A DNA stretch of 64,000 bases from the human T2T-CHM13v2.0 reference genome, Homo sapiens. Below, piece by piece: positions 18,701 to 34,696 of this stretch (the stretch's first letter is position 1; each line of letters begins with the position of its first letter). Under the pieces are notes generated by a model that saw only the letters and a program-made list of their open reading frames with translations, did not search any database and was not told where the DNA came from. The stretch lies in NCBI RefSeq assembly GCF_009914755.1, contig NC_060938.1, one strand, 5' to 3'. The translations under genes and the position numbers were made by a program.

Positions 18701-19746
18701 AGCAACTGTAACCAATCCCATGACAACACTCGTCTCTGTCTCTCTTGTACTCATCCTTTATAACACTGGATTCATCAGAGCTGTCATCCTTGTAGCTTTT
18801 AGGTAGCTCCTAGTATTCTTCCCCTGTAGCATCCTCTTCAGCTTCCCCATATGAAAGAGAAAATGAAGAGGTGCATTTGTTGGGAAGCGCATTTGAAGGG
18901 AAACACCTACAAAATGCCTCCAGGGTTGGCAGCACCCATTCTCAGATGGCAGGCTGTTTGTTCACCACCGTCACTATTAAGGCAAAACAACCAATACTCT
19001 GAGAATATGTGGTGATCTTCCAAGGCCAACTGAGCAAGTATTTCCATAGCCATAACTTTTAATTTGTAAATATATATTAATTGCCTATTTGAAAAACTAG
19101 ACAAATAAATTACTGGAATCCAGAGAAAGGAAGTGCTCTCTACCCAAACATGTTGGGACATAGAGGGAGGGAGATGCATCCGGGTAGTTCTAGCAGGAAT
19201 CAGGAAATTATGACTGACTGTCTGGCTAACATCTGATATGTGCCAGTTACTATTCTAAGTGCTTTACGTAAAGTAATCTACTTACTCCTATGACAACACT
19301 TTGAGTATTATTATCCTCATTTCACAGGTGAGAAAAACATAGTCTCAGAGTGGTTAAGGGATTTGCCCAGGTTACATGGCTTATAAGTGTCAGGACAACC
19401 TGGCTACAGAATCCACACCCTCTTGCCTCCTTGGCTGGACCATTCCTTTATTCTCTCTTTGATGCTGAAAGTAAAGCTCAGAGAGATTAAGTGACTTGAC
19501 CAGGCTACACAGCTGACAAGTGAAAGAGCTAAGACTTCAACCCGGGTCCCCCTGTGCTAAGCTCTTGGCAGGAATGTAAACCCAGGAGTTTGGGGTACCT
19601 CAGCCATAAATATGCCTTCTTTCCACTCATTCGTGATTTGCAAGTCACCCTCCTCCACTCAAAAATCTACATTTTGCCACTAAGGTCCAGTCGTGACTGA
19701 TTTTCGGAATCCATAGCGACAAAAGAAAACCATGTTACTATTTAGT

Positions 19747-19913
19747 GCAGTGATTCTCAATAATGGCTACATTTAGAATCACCTGGGTGTTTTTTAAAAT
19801 ATGGATGCCAAAGCTCCATCTCAGACCAACAAATCAGAATATTTGGAGGATATCAGTATTTTATAAAAGATACCCAGGTGAATTAAATGTATGATCAAGG
19901 TTGAGAACCACTG
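19747..19913. mobile_element. MER5A/B MITE
   Basis: CAGTGATTCTCAA...TTAGAATCACCTGGG...GGTTGAGAACCACTG. Confidence 0.75.
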
Positions 19914-20146
19914 ATTTAACTAATTCCAAACACACACTCAGAGAATGCTGCCAAATGTTTATTCCCTTTCCCCATTAGCTTGTCTTTCATCTCACACAAA
20001 CTCTACCTTAGATGGGCCCCTGGGTGTCTCTTATTCCTGGCTCCTGTCTTTGTTCCCTTGTCTTATCCACTCCACCCCATCACTTCCCACCAGAGTTCCT
20101 TGCTCCATCTGGAAGGCGAAAGTGGAACCTCACAACAGGAGATGAA

Positions 20147-20238
20147 TTTGCCTTTTACAGTCTTCAGTGTGAATCAACTATAAGACAGAGCGTTTGCCTT
20201 TTAGAGTCTTCAGTGTGAATCAACTATAAGACAGAGCT
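20147..20238. repeat. 46-bp tandem duplication (2 copies)
   Basis: TTTGCCTTTTA(C/G)AGTCTTCAGTGTGAATCAACTATAAGACAGAGC(G/T), 44/46 identical. Confidence 0.95.
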
Positions 20239-20654
20239 TTCTCTTGCTAATACTCACAAGTGAGGATGGGATGAATGCTAATACTCACAGGGATGAAGAG
20301 GTACAGGAGAAGAGAACATCATCCTGCTACAATTACAAACTGAAAAGTGCTACGAAGGGAAAGTGGAGAGCAACACATGCAATGACAAGTCCAGCCGGGG
20401 CCGAAAGACCTTCAGTGCCTCCTCTGGGTTCATATTCCTAACTATTAAACCAGACTGCAACAACACCTAGTCACATGTCTTCACTTGATGGATGCAAACG
20501 AAACCACTGAAAATGTCACCAGCTCCTTTCTTCTGCCCCATCCTTCGCAAGCACTTTGCCATGTGCTGGTGCTGGTTTTCTTCAATGTGGAGATGCTTTC
20601 ATACTATCTGTAAAAGGCTATGATGTGGGCAGAAAGTTTTAGAACACAGTCATC

Positions 20655-20873
20655 TTTTTATTTTATTTTATTTTATTATTATTATACTTTAAGTTTTAGG
20701 GTACATGTGCACAACGTGCAGGTTTGTTACATACGTATACATGTGCCATGTTGGTGTGCTGCACCCATTAACTCGTCATTTAGCATTAGGTATATCTCCT
20801 AATGCTATCCCTCCCCCCTCCCCCCGCCCCACGACACACCCCGGTGTGTGATGTTCCCCTTCCTGTGTCCATG
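20655..20873 (-). mobile_element. 5'-truncated L1PA3-like 3'UTR
   Basis: Canonical L1PA 3'UTR with G-rich tract. Perfect 17-bp TSD AGAACACAGTCATCTTT 20641-20657 / 20874-20890. Confidence 0.95.
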
Positions 20874-21156
20874 AGAACACAGTCATCTTTAAGATAAAGT
20901 AGGCAAGGGTGGGGACACTTGAGAGAGCTGCAGAAGCATGATTCATAATTCCACAGGCATTTTCTGACCGTCTACTTGGAGTCAGATACTATGATGGAAG
21001 AAAGAGGCTAAATCTGTGCCCTAAAACGTATCATATAGAGGAAGAATTCTCGAATACTGTCTTAGGGGCTGCTGTGAGGGTCTTCCAGACAGACTCGTCC
21101 TTTGAAGTGGCAAGGACTATAAAACAATAGTACCACACTTCTGTTTCTGCAATGGA

Positions 21157-21990
21157 TGATAAAGGAAAACACTGTTTTTCTACACTGTCAACACTTCTGA
21201 CACCAAATGTATGAGTTATCTACACCAAGCAATTCTCCAGTTCTTTGCAGACACCAACTGGGTATCCTACAATTTAACTCTATTCTTACACTAACTACCT
21301 GGAGTTAGCACAGACCTCACAGGCAAGGGCTCAGTCCCACAAGACTGCCTCCACTTCAAAGGCTAATTGCAAGCAGCAAGTCTTCAGGGTTCCCACACTT
21401 CTGCCTAAGTTGAATATAAATCAGGGGTTCCCATGATCCTCTCCTCACATTTGATAATTTGCTGTAACAGCTCACAGGATTCAGGGAAACACTACTTAGT
21501 ACCAGTTTAGTATAAAGGATACAACTCAGGAACAGCCTAATGGAAGAGATGCATAGGGCAAGGCATGGGGAAGGGGCACAGAGCTTCCATGCCCTCTCCA
21601 GGCATGCCATCCTCCCAGCATCTCACTTCAGCAACATGGAAGTTCTCTGAACCCCATTATTCAGGGTTTTTATGGAGGCCTTATTATATAGGAATGATTG
21701 ATTAAATCATTGATAATTGGTGATTATCAATCTTCAGCCCCTCTCTTCTCCCTGGAGGTCAACGGAGTGGACCTGAAAGTTCCAGCCCTTTAATCACACG
21801 GTTGGTTCCCCTGGCAACCAGTCCTCATCCTCCAACACAGTCACCTCATTAGCATAAACTCAACATGATTGAAAGGGTCTTATTATGAAAACAAAAGACA
21901 TTCCTCTTACCTCTATCACTTAGGAACTCTGCACCAGGAACCAGAGACAAAGACAGAAATATATATTTCTTATTATAGCACAGTAGCACA
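21157..21990 (-). mobile_element. MER21B-like solo LTR
   Basis: ACTTCTGACACCAAATG...GGGCTCAGTCCCACAAGACTG...AAATATATATTTCTTATTATAGCACAGTAGCACA matches recalled MER21. Confidence 0.8.
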
Positions 21991-23444
21991 GATGATAACA
22001 AGACATTTCATATGAGGCAGTGTCTTTCTTCCCAGCTTTCCTTTTATATTCCCTTAGCAGTAACTGGAAATTTGGATAGAGTAGACAGATGGGTCATGTA
22101 ATCTCTTGTCAACTGAAGCAATGTGGACCCTGAAGCTTAAGAGACATTTCTGCATTAGAGCCCAAGTTGAGGCCCTCAAAAGTCCTCATGGAAACTACAA
22201 TGCTTTCTGCCACATTGCAAGTTTCTCACTTCCAGTCCCTGAAGAAGCAGAGCTAGAGATGTGGGGCTAACTATGGACAGCTTTAGGAAGTCATGAGGTT
22301 AAAGAGCATTCATGTAGCAATTGTTCATAGAGGGGGTTCTAAGCTTCACAACAACTCTCCAAAGTCAGTGGTGATCATTATACCCATTTTACAGATGACA
22401 AAAGTAGGTTCAGTGACTTAGATGACCACAATGAATTAACTTATATGCAACTTATCCTCTTGCCAAAAACCAGTTAAAAAATTAAAAATATATGAAATAG
22501 CTAATTTCAGGCTTTAGATAACACACTCACAGGAATGAGAAAGAAAACAATCACTCCAGTTTTCTGCTTGGATTTATTTTCCAGATCGTAGTGCAGAGAC
22601 AGAGTATCCAAGCAAAAAAGAACAATATTGCTGAATTCAGGAAACTGAGATTTGAGTTTAAGGAGGCTGAGGTGGCTGGAATTTGAAGGGCAGAGTATCA
22701 AAGATAAGGGAATATGCAGAGAAAGAACTCCAGAAATATGCTTTAGAGTCCTCCTTGAGACTGTTCATCACATAGTACAGGGAGTTGTCAATTCCCAACT
22801 AGCCAGAACAGGGAGACCTCAGTGTCTCCCTAAAGACCCTATGGGGTAATCCCTTAATAATATGGGTAAACCAGTCTCAAGTAAAGGCTACTCTACACCC
22901 ATCCTAACAAAGCTTAAAAAGAAGCCTAAAAAGGATCAAGTTGATTCAAAGAAACGTGACAATCAACTAAAACAAACTTTTTTCTCTTTAAAGGAAGACA
23001 ACAAAATCTAGACATTCAATAATGTAACATCGAAAATGCCTAGCACCCATCCAAAAATTACAAGACATTCAATGAAGCAAGAATGAGACCAATAACCGGA
23101 AGGAGAGAAAAAGTCAAGAGAAAGAGACAAAGAAATGAAGAAACAAACCATTAACAGACAAAACCTTTAACGTTTAAACAGCTAAAAACATATATTATAA
23201 ATATCCTCAAATATTTAAAGGAAAACATGAATATAATGAGAAGAGAAATGAAAGATATGAAAAAGAATTAAATGGAACATTTAGAACTAAAAAATATAAT
23301 ATTTGAAATAAAAAATCTATTGAATGGCTTTTTAGCATATTAGACACTGAAAAATAAAAAATTGAAAATATATAGCAATTAAGTAATTAAACATATAGCA
23401 TTAGAAACTACACAAATTGAAGCAGATAAAGAATAAAGGTTCTA

Positions 23445-23960
23445 GAGACTTCTGGTTCTAAAATGGCAGTGTAGACACAGGCTGACTTCACTCCCCACAA
23501 CAGAAAAACCGAAACAAATATACAGTGCTGAGATTATTACCAGCAATATCCCAGAACTATGAGTCATTTCTGGGGGGCTACAGAGAAGTGAAAAAAAAAC
23601 TCAGAGCAGACTGTAAGAGAATGGAATTTTCCATATCTTGATGCCCCTCCCCACATTCTGTGTGGCACTAAGCCTGTGAAAAATCTTCCCCAAATCATGG
23701 TTTCTACATTGGAAACGTGAGGGGAAGGTGGCAACCAGCTTCCTTACCATCCTGAGTTTCCTGGCAAAAGGCTTATTCATGCCTCAACCCACAGGAGGCA
23801 TCATGAGTGGCTCAGAGACAAAGCAGGGAGGCAGGATTAACATCCCCAACCCTGGAAACTGTGCTCTGTAACTCAGTCAAAAAAGATACTAAATCAGAGT
23901 AGCTGTTCTGCGGCATCATGTTGTAGGAGGTATGTTTCACATGTCTCCTGGGCGTGAACT
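23445..23960 (+). mobile_element. Isolated L1M-type 5'UTR start
   Basis: Begins GAGACTTCTGGTTCTAAAATGGCAGTG, an L1 5' end with a YY1-like motif. Confidence 0.65.
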
Positions 23961-24222
23961 CAGGAGGCAGGCAGATCACCTGAGGTCAGGAGTTCAAGAC
24001 CAGCCTGGTCAACATGGTAAAACCCCATCTCTACTAAAAAATACAAAAATTTGCCGGGTATGGTGATGTGTGCCTGTAATCCCAGCTATGCCGTAGCCTG
24101 AGGCAGAAGAATCACTTGAACTCAGGAGGCAGAGGTTGCAGTAAGCCAAGATCATGCTACTGCACTCCAGCCTAAGCGACAGAGTGAGACTCCATTTCGA
24201 AAAATAAATAAGTAAATAAATT
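23961..24222 (+). mobile_element. AluS lacking its first ~50 nt
   Basis: Starts at GGAGGCAGGCAGATCACCTGAGG, fused to the L1 5'UTR. Confidence 0.9.
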
Positions 24223-25249
24223 TAAGAATTAAAAAAGAATAAAAGTCCTAATATACATTTTATATATAATATATATATACACACACACACACATACACAT
24301 ACAGAGTTTAATGATCTGTGGGAAAATACCAGCTACAGTCTAATATGCAAATACTTGAAATCCCAGAAATTGGGAGGGGAAAACATATTTGAAGAAAATT
24401 TCCAAATGTGATGGAAATTATATGCCCACAAATCCAAGAAGCTAAGTAAACCCCAAGTGGGGCAAACACAATGAACAGCACAATGAATAGCACTAAAGCA
24501 CATTATAATCAAATATCTGAAAATCAGGAGTAAAGAGAAAAATGTTAAAAGCAGCCAGACAAAAAAGATCTATTACATACAGGAGGACAAAGATAAGAAT
24601 GATGATAGACTTCCTGTTTAAAACACTGCAAGTCAGAAGACAATGGTGTGACATATTTAAGTGCTGAAAGAAAACAAAAATTGCCAGCCTAGAGTTCAAA
24701 TTCTACATCCAGTGAAAATAGCTTTCAAAAACAAAGAACAAATAAAGATTTTTTTCAGCCAAACAAAGCTTACCTACACTGCAAGGACAGTCAAAGGAAT
24801 TTTACAGGCTAAAGGAAAATGATACCAGAAGGAAACTCAGAACTATAGAGAGAAATTGAAGATTGCTGGAAATGGTAGGTATTTAGGTAAATATAAAGCT
24901 GTTTTATTTATTTAATAGACAATTAATGGTTTACAGGAAGAATAATTCCTGCTTGGAAAATGAAGAGAGGAGGAAATATTGCAAGCACGGGCAATTTAAC
25001 CATCTCTTTTATTTCTGTCATATTACTTTCTGCTTATCGTAGCCTACTGGGTAGTACCCTTCTTTGCTCCTACCTACCCACCACAGATGTGATCAATAAA
25101 TAATCTTCCTGAAGCTCAGCCCTCACTATGACACTCCAACCCCAAGCAGTATTCAATCTTTACAACCTTCCCATTATATATGTGGTAAAGTCTATAGTCC
25201 CTAACCCAGCATTCTAAGCCTACTGTAATCTGGACTAAACCCACCCACT

Positions 25250-25542
25250 GGACGGACACAGTGGCTCACGCCTATAATCCCAGCACTTTGGGAGACTGAG
25301 TCAGGTGGATCACTTGAGCCCAGGAGGTAGAGACCAACCTAGGCAACATGGCAAAACCCCGTCTCTAAAAAAAACTTAGCCAGGTATGGTGGTGCACACC
25401 TGTGGTCCCAGCTACTCAGGAGGCTGAGGTGGGAAGATCACTTGAGCCTGAGAGGTTGAGGTTTCAGTGAGCCAAGATCACACCACTGCACTTCAGCCTG
25501 GGTGACAGAGCAATACTCTATCTCAAAAAACAAAACCAAAAA
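25250..25542 (+). mobile_element. AluJ
   Basis: GATCACTTGAGCCCAGGAG / GAGGTTGAGG diagnostics. Confidence 0.9.
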
Positions 25543-25583
25543 CTTGCCCACCCTTATCTACTGCCTCTACCATGCACAAATAA

Positions 25584-25911
<328 letters not shown>

Positions 25912-27543
25912 CTAGATTCTTATCTCTAAGCCTCTACTCACTTTCCTTTCTCCCTGCTATGTCCTGCTCCTCCCCACTCCCCACCCTCACCCCACACACT
26001 TTTTTCTGTCTTTTCTCGCCTTTAAGACCAGGCTGAAGTCTGACATCCCTCCTTGTTCATATTCCCAAGGCCATGATTATCTACAGAAAGACCATGGGCT
26101 CTGGAGTCAGATGAACCTGAATTCCAGTCCGGCCTCCACCACCAAATAGGTAAGAGACCTTGAGGACTGGCTTAATTTCAATTTCCCCATCTTTGAAATG
26201 GGGAGGGGTGAAGGGATAATTGTCTTAGGTTATTGCATTGTTGTTAGGATTAAAATGAAATAATGGCTGTTAAGTGACAAATACTTGTATTAAGACACCT
26301 AATTGTTAACTCACAGCCCACCCTTTTCTTTTAAAACCTGAGATTCAGAAATGAAGATAATATTCTAGGAACTGCATAGGAGATCAAATGACCCTCACTT
26401 TCTTCATCTAGGACACTGTTTCTGTTAGTGCAGGTTAAGATCTTAATGGCTTCATATTGCAGCAGCCCCTAAATGTTTTTCACATAAGGTTTTGCTAAAT
26501 TGTATCTTCTCTGGTTCTACCTGCTCAGTTGATTTTGTTGAAGCTGAGAACTAATTTGTCCCCAAGTTCACCTCATACACAGAGTTCCCTCTTGTGTGCC
26601 TATCCCTCACCTCTGAGGAAAGGGGCTGCCTGCCTGATTCAGGGAGCTCATCCCCAGGTGGAGAAGTCACTGCTTTGTCTGGATGCAGTTGAAGGTTTTT
26701 GCCAAAAGCCTCTGCTGTTCCGAAATGACCACTATCTGCCTATAGCTCTAACCAGCAGAGATGTGGGTGTTGGTTGAGATACTAGGTCTTCAGTCTGCTT
26801 TTCAGATGTAGAGTTTTGAATTTAGATATGGAAAGAAACATGGGAAGTAATCTAGCTCAACCTCATTTTACAGATGATGAAACTGACACCAGACAAGTGC
26901 ATTGTCCAGGCAGTGGAATTTCTGATTCCAGGTAAGTGGTCTTCTCACTAAGTCAGGAATGGCCCAAAAAGTTTACTCCAGACTACAGGGTGATCTGTGT
27001 TGTTCACCACTATATCTCCGGTGCCTGGCACCAAGGTTGTCACTAGTAATCACTCCCCAAACATTTACTGAGTGAATGAATGAATCTTGAAGTACTAACA
27101 CTAATCAATTAGCGTCCAGAACTTTGAGGCCACTCACAGGCTTAACAGAAAGCTTGTGAGACCTCTTAGTGATGTCTGCCATGAGTGTGGCAGGGGAAAG
27201 GAGTAGAACCCCTAAAGTAAACTCTGCAGCTTCTCATATGTAATGGTAGACTCAGGGAGCCACTGACACCTTAGTAAGAATTAGTTTACAAGCCATAGAG
27301 AATTTATGTACATCCCAAGGGTCTAAGAAAAAAGTAGATAGGACTCTGAAATTATTGGCCCAGGAAAAAGACTCACAGGTTTGGGATCTAGATGTTCAAG
27401 CAATAGGGTCAGGGGTGCAGGACACACTGTCCAAGGCAAGCTTGGATCAAGGTTGGCACTCACTCAAGACATGCCAGGCACCTCACACTCTCTTTCCAAT
27501 TATCTGTAAAGAACAGACAACAACCTAAAGTACATTTTCTGCT

Positions 27544-27835
27544 TTTTTAAAAGAAGAGACAGGGTCTGACTCTGTGGGCCAGGTTGTAGTGCAGGGACAC
27601 AATCATAGCTCACTGTAGCCTTGACCTCCTGGGCTCAAGCAATCCTCCTGCCTCAGCCTCCTGAGTGGCTGGGACCACAGGCACATGCCATCATACCTGG
27701 CTAATTTTTCATTTTTTGTAGAGATGTGGTCTCACTATGGTGCCCAGACTGGTCTCAAACTCCTGGCCTCAAGTGAACCTCCTGCCTCGGACTCCCAGAG
27801 TGCTGGGATAACAGGCGTGAGCCCCCATGTCCAGT
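27544..27835 (-). mobile_element. AluJ
   Basis: CATAGCTCACTGTAGCCTTGACCTCCTGGGCTCAAGC. Confidence 0.9.
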
Positions 27836-27928
27836 TGTTTGCTGCATTTTAATAGGGATCAAAACCTAAGCTAAAGAAGCACCAGTCAGCAAGTAAAGGA
27901 GTTTCAGAACCAGTGAAGCCTTTGCAGG

Positions 27929-28626
<698 letters not shown>

Positions 28627-29932
28627 GCAGGAATTCTCATCCCCAAGACAACTTGGAAGATGAGGAGAGAGGCACTCGTCACTGGGGTGAGGCCAGCTCT
28701 GGAAACCTCAACCTGGCAAGAGCTGTGCTGCCACGTCGGCTGCTCCCTCCTCCCTTCTTCTCCACATGAAGGTCCTTTCCAATGGGTCCCATGCCAGGAT
28801 GTCACAGTTCTTCTCTAGAACCGATGGCATTGTGATCAGATAGAGGTGACTCCTGGTCTCAAAGTTTTCTCCCAACCGTACAAGCCAATTGCGGGGACAC
28901 TGGCTTCCAGAGTTGGGAGAAAAGGCTCACGGTCATTACCAACCTCACTGACACGGGAGTCGGGGCCTGGTGGGAATCCTGGAGCCACGGCTCTCAAGCT
29001 GTGAAGCCTGGGACAAGTGACCAAACATCTCTGAGCCTCAGCTTCCTCCTCTGGAAAGAGGACCTCACAGAGATAGGTGTGGTTTTTGTCCTTAATAGTG
29101 TCAAGTTGAGGCCCTGGAACCATCTACCTGCTTCTTCTGAGCCAAATAAAGAGAGCCCAGAAATGCAAAAGACCTCAGAGGTGATGGGCCCAGGTTCATC
29201 CCCCACCACCAGGAAAAAAAAAAAAAGGAAGACAAATAAAATGGCCATTTTAACTTATATCCTCTGCATTAATTTTCACAGTTAACTGCTGAACTGACTA
29301 AATTCTTTTCTTTTCTTAAGGACCTTTATAAATTCTATCATTAATAAAATCAGACATTCAATTAGAAGGAAACTCTGATTGGTAACTGATCATTTCCTCA
29401 ATACCTTTCTCTCCCTCTCATTCTCTGCAAAATCCCTGGATTTTCCCGGACTTTTCCCTGCCGGTGCTCCATTTCCCATTTGTCCCTCTTCTTCCTCCAA
29501 CGCCTGTCAGCACCCCCAACAAAAGCCAGAGAAGAACAGGGGCTGATTCCATTAACCTCTGTCAATGCTTAAATCTCTCTCTTAATTAACATGAGTTAAT
29601 ATGATTAATCAAAATAATGAGACAAACCTATTAAATTAGGGGACTCAAATGACAGAACTCAGCAGGAGTGGTAAAGGCAGGAGGAGGTGATCAGAAAGGC
29701 CAGGTTGGGGGTGGCAAGTGCAGAGGTGAGGAGGGCAGGGCTTTGGGCAGCCAGCCCAGTCCAGCCCAGCCCAGCTCTGGGCTGGTGGAAGATGTGGGCA
29801 GTAGCCTGGATAAACTGCCTCTGAGGAGGTGTTCAGTGTTTGTGCCACTCTTGTCTAGTTACAACCAGTCCTTGCACTTTTCTGGGGCCTGCCCAGCTCC
29901 TTTCTAGGCACCCCCAGGTTCTGAATTATTAA

Positions 29933-30465
<533 letters not shown>

Positions 30466-32090
30466 TCAGGCAGCCTTCGAATTCTTGATATCGCTGCCTG
30501 GGTGATCTCTATCTCCAATGGCTATATCGTCTCCCTCTTGAAGCCAGGCTCTTGGAAATAGCCGCATGTCCTAAAGCAGAATGACTCAAACCCCAGCTCT
30601 GACCCCTCACAGGATATGAAACCTGGAGAGAATTATTTTACCTTTGAGGCTCAGTGGACCCACCTGCAGGAATGGGAATAATCATCCTGAGTTTGAATAA
30701 CTGCTGGAAGAATTCAGAGAAACACTCTGTAGGAATACCTGCCCCAGCACCACGGTGGATCCCCAGGAAATGTTCCTTCCTTCCTTCTTCCCCCGATATG
30801 ACTAGGCTAACACCTTAAGATTCCACAGTGCTTTTTATTTCTAAGCATTTCCATATATATATCATTCCACCGAAACTCTTAGATAAGCAGACAGACATTA
30901 TTTACAGATCAGTGAGGTTTTGCAAACATAACTGAGCACCTATTGTGTGTTGGCCACTGAGCAAAATCACCGAGATCCCACAAAGGTGAAGTGGCTTATC
31001 CGGGGTCTCTTCCAGACAGACCCGGGTCTCCTAACTCCTAGGACAATGGGATTTCCATTGCCTCAACCCCAAGTAACCAGGAACTCCCATGGTGCCCCGG
31101 GGCTCCTTATTTTCACCCTGGATTATTCTCAAGCTGTGGTAGCTTCCACCACATGCAAGTGGTTCCCTCGCCTCCAGCGGCTGAGTTGCTCAATCGGAAG
31201 TCCATTCAAAGGAGTACAATGTCTCCCCAACGCAGGACATCTGACATCTCACAGATGACCTGGGCTCATCCTCAGAATTTTGAATTCTAGGAAATCTAGG
31301 CCCTTGGAGCCTCTTCTGTGCTACTTCAAATGCTCCCCAGGCAGCAGGGTGGCCCACAGTTACACACCTCTGCAGGCACAGTGCTCAGGTGGAGAAGCTC
31401 TTAGGAAAATCCCTGGGGAGAATCCTATTCTGGGCCTGGGACCACCTGACACCACTATGGAATGATTTTCTCTTTTCACTAGAAGCAGATAAGAGTCACA
31501 CTAAGATCTAAGGGTACCTTCCCAGAGATGGGCTGAATATTGGCAACGAAGGAGAAAGCGTATCTAAACATCTCCTGCTAAAAGCCCCACTTTCTTTAGA
31601 TTCATGTTCACATCTTTTTATGTTTCTGTAAAAGAATAAATAGAATCATGCCCCTCATGTCCCAAACGAGGTAAGAGGAGTGACTGGATGACACCACAAG
31701 CTCCCAAACCTGTCCTGCCCCTCCCCCACACACAGAGGGTCAGAGCAACCACTCCCCACCTTCCTCTCCAGCCCTAACACTGAGTGGTTTCCCGGTTGTT
31801 CTTGAAGAGCTTGGCTGTGCAAAAAACTTTTCCTCATGTACCCATCACTGAATGAGCCAGTCCAGCTCCCGACCCAGGACCCCCCTTCAGACAGCTCAAC
31901 AACCCACCTTCAGACACAGGGCTGCAGACCGTCATTCCTGAGCAGCAACCCTTGGCATTGCACCTCAAAGGGAACAGAGAGGGAGTGGGTGAGACCCCGG
32001 AACTCGTTTTGTCTCCTGGCGTCCTGTGATATCCACTTCACGATGAGGAAAATGATAACGACAATAATATGTAACAAAAACAGCAATAGC

Positions 32091-32766
<676 letters not shown>

Positions 32767-33469
32767 TCCCACTTTTCGGAATTGGATCCATCAACTCTCC
32801 TGTTTCTCCTCTTTGTCCATTTTGTGTCTTTAATCTCTTTCTCTTCTCTGGAATCTCCCCCCTTAACCCTGAGTATCCATCATCCCTAAAATAAAATCCA
32901 CAGCTGCGTGTAACAAAAAACCCAACCAAAATGCTTTAAACAATCGTAAACTGTATTATCTCTCATTAGTGAGAAGCCTGGGTCTCAGGCAGTCTCCAGT
33001 GGCTGTCAGGAGCAGGGTCAGCACTCTGTCCTCACATGGCTTCCCTCGTGATGGTTATACGGTGGCCAGCAGCATCACGGCCACACATTTCCTTATTCAG
33101 AAAAACTGTTCCCTCGATCAGTCTGATTGGACCATGAAGTCAAGTGCCCATTCCTGGACAATAAATCAGTGGCCAGGGGAACACCCCGCACTGATGGACC
33201 TAAGCCAGTGTTCCTAAGCCAATCAATGGCAAAGAGGCATAGAATTGCTGAGATTGGCTTAATCAGCATCCATCCCGGCAACTCTGAGTCAAAAAGGTTT
33301 CATTGGAGTGGGACAAAAACCTTAACAAAACTGGGGTTCTGTTAGGAAGTAAGAAGTGAGAGAACAGGGGCTTGGAAGACAAGAAACAGCTGTACCACTC
33401 CACTTTCTTCTACTCCCTCTACTGCCCTCTCTCCTTCTCCTAACCCCCACCCTCCTTTAAGAGCCACTG

Positions 33470-34380
33470 CATTGGCTGTCATTGCTAACCAGTGCACTGC
33501 TTCAGATCCCCACCCTTCCACTCTACTAGAAGTGCACTTGCAAATATCAGTGGTGTCCTAATTTGGACTCTGTGGGCTTTGACACCTCCAATTCCCTTCT
33601 TTACCCTCTCCATCCATCACCCTACTCATGACCTTCAGATGATCAAGACATCCTCTTCCATAACATGCTCCCCATCACTCATCAATGTTTATTCCACAAA
33701 CATGTTTTGAGCATCTACCATTCTGCACCTAATACTTTGCAAATTACTCTGGAATGCACAGTTTAGTTGTGTCATTGTTCACTGCAACAATTGCAATAAC
33801 TTCCTAACCAGCCACTCTGCCTCCAGTCTCTCTCCACCCACAATCTGTCTTCCTTGCTCACAAGGGTAATCTTTCCAAATGCAAGTCTGATCATCATACT
33901 ACTCCGCTTGCATTTCTCCTACAGGAGAAAGCCTAAAGTCCCCAGCATGGCATTTAAGCACGGCCATGGCACCCAGGCCCCACCAGCCTCTCCTAGGGTG
34001 TAGCCCATCCTTTCTACTCTTATAATGTCAGCTCTGAGAATAAAGAACTACTATTTTCCAAGCAGATCATGAGCTTTCTTAATTTGGAGTTTTGCTCATA
34101 CTTTCTTCTTAACTAAAATGCCTTCCCTTGATTTTTCTGTTAGGAAAAACCCTACATTTTTCAAAACCCAGGCTTCATGAGACCTTCTCAGTAAATTCTT
34201 CTCCAAGGCTGAATGAAGCATGTCCTCTGTGGTTCCATGTCAATCATAAGCAATTCTCATGGCATATTACTATTAGGTTTATACTCGTGAATTCTTACAG
34301 GGGAAGGACAGGATCTAATTCACCATTCTGTACGAAGCACAAATACCTGGCAATGCACGCTCAATATATGTTTGAAGAAC
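33470..34380 (+). mobile_element. L2 fragments
   Basis: AATCTTTCCAAATGCAAGTCTGATCAT...CCTGGCAATGCACGCTCAATATATGTTTGAA. Confidence 0.65.
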
Positions 34381-34388
34381 TAAAGTGA

Positions 34389-34696
<308 letters not shown>

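Larger units (their letters stand above)
22430..24960 (+). mobile_element. Old L1M 5'/ORF1 region, interrupted at 23445-24250
   Basis: A-rich degenerate ORF1 (GAAATAAAAAATCTATTGAATGG...; GTTAAAAGCAGCCAGACAAAAAAG; AAATTCTACATCCAGTGAAAATAGCTTTCAAAAAC). Confidence 0.75.

Noticed and set aside
20147-20297. Direct repeats as a CRISPR-like array
   Set aside because: Only two copies each, no repeat-spacer series, eukaryotic context.
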